DNA from: Octopus vulgaris
Taxonomy: Eukaryota
Assembly (NCBI GenBank): GCA_951406725.2
Contig: OX597839.1
Location: forward strand, 12,400,001 to 12,464,000
DNA length: 64,000 nucleotides
Direction: 5' to 3'
The notes under the pieces are model-generated. The model was not told the DNA's origin, searched no databases, and worked only from the letters and a program-made list of their open reading frames with translations. The position numbers and the translations under genes are program-made. Shown here in pieces: positions 13,452 through 26,284 of the stretch. Position 1 is the first letter of the stretch, and every line of letters begins with the position of its first letter.

Positions 13452-13767
13452 CACATGATTGACCAGATTATCAGATGTTTTTATACATTGCTGGTCACAA
13501 TGCACTTTGCATTGTCTTAGCTTTAGAATGATACCACTGTACTGGCTATGCAAGGAGTTCTTTTGGAAAAGGATGGAAATAAGAAGTATAAAGGGAAATA
13601 AGAGAATCAAAGTAAAAATAAAAATATATGTAGGATGTTATAGTTGCAGTTCCATTACCCAAAGGAAGTGGTGTGTAGAAATGATAGAAGTACTTCTTGT
13701 CCGTATCATGTAAATTCCGATAGGAGTTCATATTTTGTTATTACAAATAGAAAATATGAAGACATAG

Positions 13768-14093
13768 ATTATCATTGTTTAACGTCCGTTTTCCGTGCTA
13801 GCATGGGTTGGACGGTTCGACCGGGGTCTGGGAAGCCAGGAGGCTGCACCAGGCTCCAGTCTGATCTGGCAGTGTTTCTACAGCTGGATGCCCTTCCTAA
13901 CGCCAACCACTCCGTGAGTGTAGTGGGTGCTTTTTACGTGCCAGGGGAGGCTGGCAGCGGCCACGATCAGTTGGTGCTTTTTACGTGCCACTGGCACAGA
14001 AGCCAGTCAAGGTGGCGCTGGCACAGAAGCCAGTCAAGGTGGCGCTGGCATCGGCCATGTTTGGTTGACGCTTTTTATGTGCCGATGGCACGT
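13768..14093 (-). mobile_element. RTE LINE 3'-UTR fragment
   Basis: Near-identical reverse complement of 25250-25560. Contains a 27-bp tandem duplication ctggcacagaagccagtcaaggtggcg. Confidence 0.9.
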
Positions 14094-15074
14094 AATATAT
14101 ATATATGTATTAGTTGGTCTGTAGTTTATAAGTTTGAGAAAAATCAATCGCCCCAAAATTTTTTTGAGTAATAATGTTTAACATTATGTACACACACACA
14201 CACAAATATTATATCTATCATCATTGTCATCATCCTCATTTTAACATACACTTTTCTATGTTTGCATGGGCTAGATGGAATTCAAACATATTGTCAATGG
14301 TTAGATGTCCATCCTGTCACCAGCACTCACCTTCTTCCATGCATGATATTTCCCCCCCATGACCAGACATGTTTCTATGGAAGACTGAAAAGGAACGGCA
14401 CTTGTATAACAGTTGTGCTCATTTTGAAACTGCTGTATGAACCCAAGGCAATTAGAAACCAACACACCCACTTACACTTATTCCTCCCCCACATATATAG
14501 ACAGATATAGCTACATATTCATATACATTGGGATTCGTTCAGTTTCCATCTAACAAATCCACTCAAAAGGCTTTGGTCTAAGTGGGGCTTTAATAGAAAG
14601 TACTTGCCCAAAGTGCTAGATATCTTATCTTTTACTTTTCTTTGTCTTTGGACTGTGGCCATGCTTGATAACTACCTTGAAGGGTTTTGGCCTCAAGAAT
14701 CAATCCCTAGTACTCTTTTTTTAAGTGTGCTACTTATTCATTAAAGCTCTTTTGTTGAACTGCTAAGTTATGGGGATGTAGACAAACCAACACAAGAGGT
14801 TGTGGCAGATATAACCACTTCACACAGAGGCACACACACACACACACATATATATATATAATCTGGGTAATAACCTTATGGCTTGCTTTACACAGCTCTT
14901 CCATAGGTATAGGCTACCATATGCTATCATATAGCCGGAATTCACTTTTTAATGGATATACATGTGGAAATCCAAATCTAAATCACTACAACAGCAAAAC
15001 AGCAATTACCAGCTGATACTACTCACAAAAACAATTATATTTTGATTAAAGCCTGTTCATACTAACGTCTTGTG

Positions 15075-15107
<33 letters not shown>

Positions 15108-15134
15108 GGTCCCGTTGATTGTTAAACAGTAAAT

Positions 15135-15270
15135 ATATATATATAAAATTAATTTATTATAGAGGAGCTTTAGACTAGAATTCATTCAAGAGAAATCTTC
15201 AGAAGCTTCTGAAGATTTCTCTGAATGAACAGTTCTATCTGTATCTCTATATATAAATTAATATATATAT
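15135..15270. repeat. Palindromic element in TA tract with head-to-head hammerhead-like cores
   Basis: Perfect 34-bp palindrome agagaaatcttcagaagcttctgaagatttctct (15189-15222) with imperfect arms extending outwards. CTGAAGA on both strands. Confidence 0.75.
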
Positions 15271-17272
15271 ATATATATATATATAAATATATATAACCTT
15301 TATTGAGATCATTATTTAAACAACTATTGTAATATTCCCTTGTACTCATCATCTAAACACATATATATCTAAATAGATAACCCCACCCCAACTACACGCA
15401 AACACACAATAACACACACATACAATTACACACACAACTACACACACACCCAAATACGCATGCACACACACTGAGACACATGCAGATAAATACTACATGC
15501 ACACACCCCACACACAAAGACATAAATATACAAAGACAAATTAAAACTGAGATATTCAAGAAATACATACATCTTGAGCATCATCAACATTGTAACATTC
15601 ATTTGTCCATGTTTGCATGGGTCAAACAAAATCCATTGAGGCATATTATCTACAGCTAGATGCCTCATTTATTGCCATCACTTGTTTCCAATCAAGACAA
15701 TATTTCCCCTTCACAAAGCATGTTTCTCTACAAGACTGCAAACAAATTAAATCTTTTGTATGGCAATGATGTTTCTTCACAATTGCACAATGTCAAGTTG
15801 AAGTTACAAACGTTCTTTCTTTCTTTCTCTCTCTCTTTTTCTCACCCCCTCATCTCTCTCCTCTTTCTCTCTCTATATATATATTAAAAATATTCCACAT
15901 AAGTCAAAAGCTTTGGTAAAAATAATTGTCAAAAGAAAATATGTTTTTCCATTTATATTGTAGTGAATTAATTCCTAAGTATATTATTACAGTCAAATCA
16001 TTTCAAAATACATTATTACTTATTCCAAAATATATTATATCATATATATATATATATATATATATATGAATATTTATAATTATTTCAAGAAAATATAAAT
16101 TTAAGCTTTCATTTTATAATAAATATACCACATACCATTATACTTTCTAAAGATTCAAACATATAAATATATACACACACACACACATGTACAAGTGCAT
16201 ACACACACACGAATATGGGGGATATCAAGGAAAGTGAAATTAATTTGCTTTTACAGTTGTACATTTTTGCATGTGCTTGAGCATGTGTGTGTGTGTTGTA
16301 CAGAGATCTTAGTTCTAATGCATGTATGAGTATATGCATATGCATAAATATACATGCCTGAGTGCATATGGTTTAAGTGAGTGTAATTTTGAAGATGGAT
16401 ACCTCTTCGTCCTCCTCTTCCTTCTCATCATCATTTTAATGTCTTCCTTTCCATGCTTGCAAATGTCAGACAGAGTTTACTGAGCCAAATTTTCTATGGC
16501 TGGATGCTCTTCCTGCTTTTTGCAGAATATTGGAAATGAATGACACTGCTTGTATGACAGTGAAATTCATTGCTTGACAACTGTCAAGCAATGTCAAGGC
16601 AAGGAAATACAAACATACATACATTCACACTCATACATACGCATGTACATACCATCACTCACACACACACATTTATATATGAGAGTATTTTTCAGTTTCT
16701 GTCTACCAATATACCTTGTGGTTGTAAGCAAACTTCTCAACCAAGTATATAAATATAAACATAAATGTACATATAAATAGATGTTATCTGGTAGCAGTGG
16801 TGTGTAAGTTAAGAGTAAAAAAACAAATAATGTTTGTCCATAGATATTATTTATATTCTTGACCCAATTTTGTATTGGTTCAGATTCTCGTCTTGATACC
16901 TATGGACATCATCCTTATTATCTCTTTTATGCTTACTTTTCTATACTTGCATGGATCGAATGGAATTTTGTCTAGGAAGATTTTCTATGGCTGGATGCCC
17001 TTCCTGTTACTAACTCTCACCTGTTTACAAGTAAGGTAACATTTCCCCATAACCAAACATGTTTACATAGAAGATTGGTAATGCAGGACACTGCTTGCAT
17101 GATGGTGACATTCATTTACAACTATCATATGATGTCAAAGCAAGGGAACAGTAACACACACAACACACACATATACATATATTTACAGATATATGTGTGC
17201 GTGTAAGTCTAAATATATTTATATATGGTAACTGAAAGATGAAAGATGGAATATACGAGAATTTATACGAGA

Positions 17273-17378
17273 ATCAAGACAATTGTTTCGACACATTTAG
17301 CATCAGTCCCTCACAGGAGGGACACTCAATAACTGATTCAGGGGCATCTGGCAGTGCAGATGTGTCTCATCAGGTGAT
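17273..17378 (-). ncRNA. Type-I hammerhead ribozyme with intact core and long structured helix II
   Basis: rc: AUCAC-CUGAUGA-GACACAU..~63 nt..AUGUGUC-GAAA-CAAUUG-UC/UUGAU. 7-bp stem II, palindromic helix III, GUC triplet. Confidence 0.8.
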
Positions 17379-19916
17379 AAATAGACACAACTCATTAAAA
17401 TAACAATTCCGCAATGTATCTTCTCATTTTGCATAAAGAAAAGCAGCAAAAGGAAGGAAATACCTTCATGTACAGAGAAGATCAAAAATAAAATCACTGA
17501 TGCAAAAAAGAAATGAATACACATTACAGCAAGAAAAGTATAAGAAAAAAATATTAACAAATCTGGATGTATAAATGCCTTCATGCAAGCTGCATGGTGC
17601 GTGTACACTCATGATCACAAAGTGAGTTAAATATACCATCATATACCATCATCATCATCATTTCACATCCCTTTTCCATGTTAGCATGGGTGGGACAGAT
17701 ATATATGACAAGTTTCTTTCAGTTTCTGACTACCAAATGCAGACCCAAGGCTTTGGTTGGGCCTGGGGCTATTGTAGAAGATACTTGTCCAAGGTGCCAC
17801 ACAATGGAACTGATTCCAGAACCACGTGGTTGCAATGCAAAATTCACACCATACGTCCATGCCTGCATCTCAATATATATATATAAAGACATATGCACTA
17901 ACTTATATACTTCTGTAAATACACAAAGAGAATGTGGTGTAAAATAAATGAGGGCACACAAGAATAAACATATTCATATTCCCACATACATCCTTATATT
18001 GTAACACATGCATCTACAGGTTCACGAGCAGAAAAAAATTTGTGAGGAAGTAAATGTACAAAAATTTACCATAACTACTCACATATGCATGCAGCTAAAC
18101 ATTTGCTTATGCTTTCACTCAAACTTCAGTACAACCATAACATGTATTAACTGATATCGTCTATCTTTAATTGCTTAATTATTTCAGTCACTGAGTTGGG
18201 GTCATGCAGGGGCAGTGCCTTGAAGGGTTTTAATGAAACGAATTGGGGCGAGTACTTATTTTTAAAGCCTGGTACTTATTCTACTGCTCTCCTTTATGAG
18301 GGATGTAAACAACCCAACACCAGTTGTCAAGTGAGGGTGAGGAACAAACACAAAGACTCACATGTGTGTGCGTTTGTGTGTGTGTGTGTGTGTGTGTGTA
18401 CATACATACATGACAGGCTTCTTTTAGTTTCTGTATACCAAATCCACTGACATGACTTTGGTCAGTCAGAGTTATAGCAGAAGACACTTGCCCAAAGTGC
18501 CACACAATGGAACTGAACCTGGAACCACGTGGTTGGAAAGTGAACTCCTTACCAGACAGTTGACACCATCACCCTATATATATATATATATATATATAGT
18601 CATTACAGATATAGGGTGAAATATAACTAATTTAATAAAATCAACAAATTTCACCTAGTAGTATTTCAGTATGGAAAAGGACCATATTCGGTAAAAATTT
18701 ATATAATTATAATAATAAAAAACCTTATTATTATAAATACACACACACACACACATATATACCCATACACACACAACAGCCTACTTTCAGTTTCAATGTT
18801 TTTGTGTACCAAATCCATCCATATGGTTTTGGTTGGGCAGGGCTATAGCAGAAGACTCTTACCTAAGGTGCCACTGTGTAGCACTGAACCTGAGGCCATG
18901 TGCTTGCAAAGTAAACTTATTACTGCATACCCATGTCATATATCCCAAAAATACACATGTATATACTTAAACAATTACATGCAAGAATATATATGTGTGG
19001 ACTTGAATTTGTGTACAGCTATATACATATAAACATATATATATATGTATATGTATATACATATAAACACATGCATATGTTCATATATGCAAAGAGACAT
19101 CTGAGTGTATTTACATGCATGGTTGATGTCACTGATAGTTATCTATACATAACTATATGAATCTATGCAAAGATAAAGCGTGATGACGTATACTTGCACT
19201 TACATATTTACACAGATCTTTAGATTTACACCTAATAAGACACACAAACATCCATACAAGAGAATTACATGCCCTGAGTAAAGCATACACACACACATAT
19301 ATCTATCTATCTATCATTCTGTTTGTCTGTCTGTCTATCTGTCTAGCTAGCTAACTATATAGAAATAAAAATTTACATAATACACACATACATATAGATA
19401 TACATAAAGCATATATATATATTTGCATAATACATCTATATATATAAATACGTCATCATTATTTAATGTCGTTTTCCATTCTGGCATATATATATATATA
19501 TATGCTCACACACACATATATAGATACACACACACACATATATACACACACACACACATATATACATATATACATATATCTATTTATAAATACATATGCA
19601 TATCTATACACACACACATACATATGTGTGTGGTGTATATATGTGTGTGTGTGTGTATATATGTATGTGTATGTCTTTGTCACCCTTCTCACTTGACATC
19701 TGGTGTTGGTTTATTTACAGCCCCATAATATAGCAGTTCAGCAAAAGAAACTGATAGAATAAGTACCAGGCTTAAATAGAAAATAAGTACTGGGGTCGAT
19801 TTGTTCAATTAAAATCCTCCAAGGATGTGCCCCAGTGTGGCTGCAGTTCAATGACTGAAACAAGTGGAAGATAGAAGAGAAAAGCTACAGATACACAAAT
19901 ATGCATAAACAAGTAT

Positions 19917-20190
19917 CATCATCATTGTTCGACCATGGTCGAGACAATGGAATTTACCATGCTATGCCAGACTTCATGGTCCATCATAGCATTACGGAGG
20001 TCCTGTTGCTGGATGCCTGTATCCCTAGAGATTACATCATGGGAGGAGAGTGTGCGCCCTCTGGTATCGCGAGTATATGGCTTCCAGAGGAGAAGAGTAG
20101 AAATTGCCTTGTTTTCAGCTCTACAACAATGTCCAGCAAACTGGACTCTCCTACCTTTCACAAGAGATGACACAGGTGGTAGTTTCCCAT
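19917..20190 (-). mobile_element. 5'-truncated RTE-clade LINE with (TGA)n tail and 12-bp TSD
   Basis: ORF end ..KGRRVQFAGHCCRAENKAISTLLLWKP..RGR..AMMDHEVWHSMV..* then tgatgatgat. TSD ataaacaagtat at 19905-19916 and 20191-20202. Confidence 0.85.
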
Positions 20191-20369
20191 ATAAACAAGT
20201 ATACATATGTGCATCAATATAGGGAAACATATGCATGCATAGATTCAGATATGAAATGATAAAATACAAAAGTAAAATATGTATGTGAAAATAATAGGAG
20301 ATACTGCATATGAAAATATTATGTGAATTGGCAAAACTACAGATTCTGTACATGAAATAAATACACCAT

Positions 20370-21735
20370 GATGAGTTTCAATGGAATAGAGACTGATTTA
20401 AAAGTCACCAGCTGAAATCTGCAAATATACAATATGTGGTATGTATGTAATAAAAATATAAGAGGCCAGGACTTAAGTGATATGAAATAGCTCTATGATA
20501 AAAGATAGATATAGTAGGCTGAAATATATGAAGACAAAAGAACAGAATATGGTAGATAAAAAGCAGTGAATACAAACAAAAAGAATTAGGAACTAGAGAT
20601 GAGAAAGAATAGAAAGTTTTGTAAGTGTAGAAAGATCTATAGAGAGAGATCATTCAAAGGTATGTAGCATTGTCCAGTTGGCAGTAAGAATATTCATATA
20701 AATTTTCTTTGGTAAAGGCACAAAGAGATCAGAAGTAATTTCAAATTTAGTAGTTGTGTCGGTTATGTCAAGATGTATTCCTCTGATATCAGTGGTGAAA
20801 ATTGAACCAGTTGAACCAGACACTCCTATTTAGAGCTTGCTGTGCCATTAAATATCTCTTCATGGTAAGATAAACTGGAAATTCTTTTATGATATTACCA
20901 GTTAAATTTCTCAAATGGACTGAGGATGATGATTATTGGGTCTTTGTTCTTAAGCAGTTAATTTTATTACATTTTCTATTATTTCTAGAGGCTAAATTAA
21001 GGGTAATATCTATGAAATTAAGTATACTAACACTAGAACATACAAGAATCTTAAGTTTGGAGCTTTTGAGAGTATGAAATAAGTCTTTCCTAACCCTGTC
21101 TAATTGGCAGGGTTACAAGTTAAAATTAATCCATCATTGTATATACACCTAGTATATATATCTAACTCTATAGAATAAAATTTTGTTAGGATATTATCCA
21201 AAACAAATAACCCAGTTAGGCTACAAAATTCAGCTGCATCAAAACGGCCCATAAGAAAAACAAAAAGTTCTGTGCTAATCTTTTTGATCCAGAACAAAGC
21301 ATTAAAAGAACAAAGGAACTTTCTTGTAAGCATAATAATTGTTAAGTCAGTAATAACATCTAAGTCAATAATGATACCTGCAGTTGAAATCTAATACCAT
21401 CATTAAAGGAAATACAGTAATAAAGGCACAAAATAACAGGGCGTGAGAACTTAACATTGAGATTATCTTGTGTGTTATCAATCTAATTAAAGTTTTGTTG
21501 AAGTTAAAAGTTTGTATAATACAGTTTCTGATTGAATCTAGAATATTCTTGCTAACTTTACCTTCTCTGCCAAAAGTCTTGTTAATAAGTCTGCCTTTAA
21601 AGTCACTTAGGAAACTAGGTTTATGATATTTTAAACAAACATGAAGAGGGCAGACAGCTATGCATTCTATCCTATCAACTATTTTGAAGTTTGAGGTTAA
21701 GAGATTTGCTCCCATGTTAATTAAATTATGTATTG
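20370..21735 (-). pseudogene. Penelope-like element (PLE) reverse transcriptase fossil
   Basis: Frameshifted motifs in order: CLKYHKPSF..KGRLINK..GKVSKNILD (cf. TLKDHK..CRLINP..GKISK.ILD), WIKK..LF..LMGRFDAAEFCSLTGLF (cf. MGSYDGAE.CELVGL), IYNDGL (LYRDDGL), LDRVRKDL..LKI..LNFIDITLNL, RISSLSYHEEIFN. Confidence 0.8.
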
Positions 21736-22181
21736 GTGTTAGTTTTATGCATGCACACACATATACATCTCTCTCTCTCTCTCTCGCTCTCTTTTAATAT
21801 ATATATATCTTTATCCCTGTCAATATGTATGTGTGTGTACATACATATGTGCACATACAAATACACATATTTATACACACATGTACATACACACACACAA
21901 ACACACATGTGTATACACATACACATATCATGTATCTTCTTATCAAGTTATTCTTTATATGCATTAGTCGTAAACTTGTGACCAAACTGGGGCACTATCT
22001 TGGAGAGTTTAGACGATGAAATTTGCCCAGTACTACTTTAAGTGTGGTATTTATTCTATTGGTCTCTTTTTACTAAGCCACTAAGTTACGGAATGTGAAC
22101 AGAACAAAACAAGTTGTCAAGCAGTTACAGAAAAATACAAACACAGGGATGTATGCATATATATATACATGGTTATATATA

Positions 22182-22213
<32 letters not shown>

Positions 22214-22224
22214 CATGCATATGC

Positions 22225-22285
<61 letters not shown>

Positions 22286-22393
22286 CACAATTGGTTGCAA
22301 GGTAAACTTCTTAAACACAAAACTTTGCTCCTATCTATCTTTCTATCTATATATATATATGTACATATATATACATACATATATATATATATA

Positions 22394-22602
22394 TCGGAAG
22401 GTTTGGAGATGATGTACAGGTATTATATATTAGAAAAAATGAGGTAATCAGATCAGATGGTTCATATTTGTAGATATTTATATATTACATTTTTTACATA
22501 TATATCATATCATATCATTCGGATTAGCGCTTTCTCCCATTCTAGTGGGCTTTTCAAATCAAATCAGTTGTGGGGAGTTTGAACATTTTAGAGTTTCGTA
22601 GT
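22394..22602 (-). mobile_element. Short TA-adjacent element carrying a variant hammerhead
   Basis: Unique island beside a (TA)n tract. Contains the motif at 22522-22560. Confidence 0.5.
22522..22560 (-). ncRNA. Minimal hammerhead ribozyme, U3-A8 core variant
   Basis: rc: GAU-UUGAAAA-GCCCA CUAGAA UGGGA-GAAA-GCGC-UA/AUC. Palindromic AGCGCU helix III. Confidence 0.6.
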
Positions 22603-23696
22603 AGTGATACACATGCATACATACATACATACACACTCACAATGGAAGCCCAATGTGTATGTATGTATGTTTGTATGTGTTTGTGTGCATGTGCATGTGT
22701 GTGCATGTGAGAGAGAGAGAGAGAGAGAGAGTGTGTGTGTGTGTGTGTATATGCAGATGTTTACAGTCTGTGCTTTACTTAAAATGACATTGAGCTACAA
22801 GTGGTGATGTTTGTTGATATTCCTTGTCAACTGATCATCAGCTAGCTCTGCACTTTTGAATATGAATGGAATGAAAAATCCATTAAAACAGGTGGGGCAT
22901 CTAGCTGTAAGACAATGCCTCAATAACATGTATTCCTCTAACCCATGCCATTATGGTAAAATGGACATAAAACAATAGATGCAGTCGTGGCTGTATGATT
23001 GAGAAGTGTGCTTCCCAGTCAAGTGATCTTGTGTTCAGTCCTGCTGTACAGTACCTTGAGCAAGTATCTTCTACTATAGCTATAGGCTTACCAAAGTCTT
23101 GCGAGTGGATTTGGTAGATGGAAACTGAAAGAAGCCTATCACACTCACACACACACACATGTGTCTTGGATCAATTTTGTCATCCCATTTGATGTGCTGT
23201 TATAAGCAAAAAAAAGTAAGCGATAGATCCGACTACATCAGGCTCCATAGTCTAATTTGGTATGGCTTCTATGGCTTGATACCTTTCCTAATGCTAACCA
23301 CTTTATAAAGTATAGGGTGCTTTTTACATACGGCCAGCACTAGAAACCAGCAACCAACACTAGTGAGATTACCATGCAGCTTGTAAGACTTATGCTACTG
23401 GGCAAGGTGGGGTTAAAGCATGAGGGACGGGACCAGAGCAGAACAGGTTTCTGTAGAAGAGTTACATGGCTACTCACATTACAGAAGAAAGAAGGGCAGT
23501 GACTGGATTAGCACTGGGAAGAGACAAAAGTTGTGATAATGAGGAATAGGTGACCATTGGTTTTGCACACTTTGGTCATAACAAACAACCTTCTAAGTAT
23601 TACTCTTCTAATGTTTTAGAGTGTGCTTCTTTTTGGATAGATGAACTACTGACCAATTACACACACACACACACATAAACATACATATATGTGTAC

Positions 23697-23757
<61 letters not shown>

Positions 23758-24194
23758 GATATACAACCAACACATATACATACTTATATATATACATATA
23801 TGAGTTCGAATATCCCATGAAGATGAAGAATATAATTTTTGCAGTTCTTTTGTAGACACTGACTGATATTGGAAGCAGAAATGGCCGTAAGAATTGTTGT
23901 GACATAAATCTTATGCCATGTTTTGTATTAAAAAATAATCTACAGATGTGGTCCAATTGATTTGTTTATTGATCTAAAGTTTTCTCCATTTTCTGATTAT
24001 TTAAATTTGATTCCTGATAAACTTTGTTGTTACTTGTACCCTATGAGTATAGTGTGCCTGCACCCCCATGCCCTGAGATAACACAGGTAACTGACACTGA
24101 TAGTAAATACAGATATATTTATCCCTTAGTTGATTACTACAACTGCTAACTCTGCTTACCTTATACACATACATATATACATATATATACAGTT

Positions 24195-25571
24195 GGGTGT
24201 GGAAGCTAGGTTTAGAATCAAAAGGCCTTACAGTCAATGTAGCAAAGACCAAAGTTCTAGTAAAATGGAAGGCAAACACACCACACACCCCTTCAGGCCG
24301 GTGGCCCTGCTCGATTTGTAGAAAAGGTGTAGGTAGAAACTCCATAAGATGTACCCAGTGTAAGCTATGGACACATTAGAGGTACAGCACCATCAAAGGA
24401 AAATTAACCGAGAAAATAGCTTTCGTGTGCGGCAGATGCACAGGTGCAATAGACACCATTGATACTCAGAAAACAGATTCCATTACACTCCTGGGGAAGA
24501 AACTAGAAGTAGTTGATAGTTTCTGCTACCTAGGTGACCAAGTTAGTAGTGGGGTGGATGCTCAGAGAGTGTTACTACTAGAATAAGAATAGCCTGGGCA
24601 AAGTCTAGAAAGCTTCTACCCCTACTGGTGACAAAGGGTGCCTCGTTCAGAGTGAAAGGTAGATTGTACAACGCATGTGTGCAAACTGCCATGCTTCGCG
24701 GTAGTGAAACATGGGCTGTGACTGCAGAGGACATGCGTAGGCTTGAAAGAAATGAAGCTAGCATGATCCGTTGGATGTGTAATGTCAGTGTGCATACATG
24801 ACAGAGTGTAAGTGCCCTGAGAGAAATGCTGGACATAAGAAGCGTTGGATGTGGCGTGCAAGAGAGATGTCTGCGCTGGTATGGTCATGTACTACGGATG
24901 GATAAGGAGAGATGTGTGAAGAAGTGCCACTTCTAAACAGTTGAAGGAATCTGGGGTAGAGGTAGACCCAGGAAGACATGGGATAAGGTGGTCAAGCATG
25001 ACCTTTGAACGTTGGGTCTCACAGAGGCAATGACGAAAGACTGAGACCTCTGGAGATATGCTGTGACTGCAAAGACCTGACAAATAACGTGAATTCATGG
25101 CTGTTTCCTGCACCAGCTTCACATAGAAGCCCCAGCTCATCCAAATTACCTTGGATCGCAGGACGGCCTGCTGTGCATGAGGAGACCTATTGAGTCAAGT
25201 ACATCAACATAAAAAAAGAATCAAATGGAAATTGTAGTTGTGATACCTGTGCTGGTGGCACGTTAAAAGCACCATCCATACGTGGCCGATGCCAGTGCCA
25301 CTTTGACTGGCTTCCATGCTGGTAACATATAAAAAGCAACAACCGATCGTGGCCGTTGCTAGCCTCCCCTGGCATCTGTGTCGGTGGCACGTAAAAAGCA
25401 CCCACTACACTCACAGAGTGGTTGGCATTAGGAAGAGCATCCAGCCCTAGAAACACTGCCAGATCAGACTGGAGCCTGGTGCAGCCTCCTGGCTTCCCAG
25501 AGCCCGGTCAAACAGTCCAACCCATGCTAGCATGGAAAACGGACGTTAAACGATGATGATGATGATGATGA
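24195..25571 (+). mobile_element. 5'-truncated RTE-clade LINE (RT C-terminal half, 3' UTR, (GAT)n tail)
   Basis: WKLGLESKGLTVNVAKTKVL..LEVVDSFCYLGD..RIRIAWAK..KGRLYNACV..GSETW..LRWYGHV..GRGRPRKTW with scattered stops. Ends ggacgttaaacgatgatgatgat. Confidence 0.95.
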
Positions 25572-25587
25572 TATATCTATCTATCAA

Positions 25588-25627
<40 letters not shown>

Positions 25628-25628
<1 letters not shown>

Positions 25629-26283
25629 GGCGAAGACGCACCTCGTTCTGGCCATCTAGTTAAGTTCGATGAAGAGTGATTAAACCACCTTTTGCATGAA
25701 AATTCTTGTCAAATGACAAGGGAACTGGCAGAGAAAATAGAATGCTCCCACACTGCTATAGAGAAGTATCTTCACTTGATGGGAAAGGTTCAGAAGTATG
25801 GAGCATGGGTTCTGCATGCTTTAAGTGACGACAACAAAAATCAACGAGCCACAATCTCCGCTGGTTTGCTTGCTCATCACTGCTCAACTCATGGACACAA
25901 GCAACGATTTCTTTACCGAATCATTACTGGCGATGAAAAATGGTGCCTGTACATCAATATGAAGCAGCATAAGGAATTGCTTAGCCCCAGTAAACAAGCG
26001 ACACCACGTGTGAAACAAGATCATCATCTGTGTAAAACAATGTTGTGTGTATGGTGGGACTGGGAAGGTATTATCCATTACGAATTGCTTGAACAGAACC
26101 AAACAGTCAACGTAGAACTCTATGTTCAACAGATGGAACAATTCAACATGGATATTCAAGAGAAAAGACTTAATTGTCAGCATGGAGTTCTTCTGATGCC
26201 CTCATATCGCCAATATGACCAAGGAAGCCATTCAGATGCATAGCTAGTATGTGCTGCCACACACACTGTACTCTCTTGATCTC
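25628..26283 (+). pseudogene. mariner-family transposase fragment
   Basis: EDAPRSG..TRELAE..GAWVLHAL (WVPHEL)..RIITGDEKW..MLCVWWDWEGIIHYELL..TVN..Y..Q, then frameshifted VLPHTLYSLDL (PHPPYSPDL). No TIRs seen. Confidence 0.92.
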
Positions 26284-26284
26284 T

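Noticed and set aside
13644-14171. 175-aa ORF
   Set aside because: Runs antisense through an RTE 3'-UTR fragment; a chance open frame.
14862-15076. TA-flanked island with GGCTA..TAGCC-GGAA hairpin
   Set aside because: No CUGANGA-like core upstream of the stem; too degenerate to call.
18599-18738. TA-flanked island with CCGAAUA..hairpin..GAAA on the minus strand
   Set aside because: Spacing and helix III do not fit a hammerhead; left unclassified.
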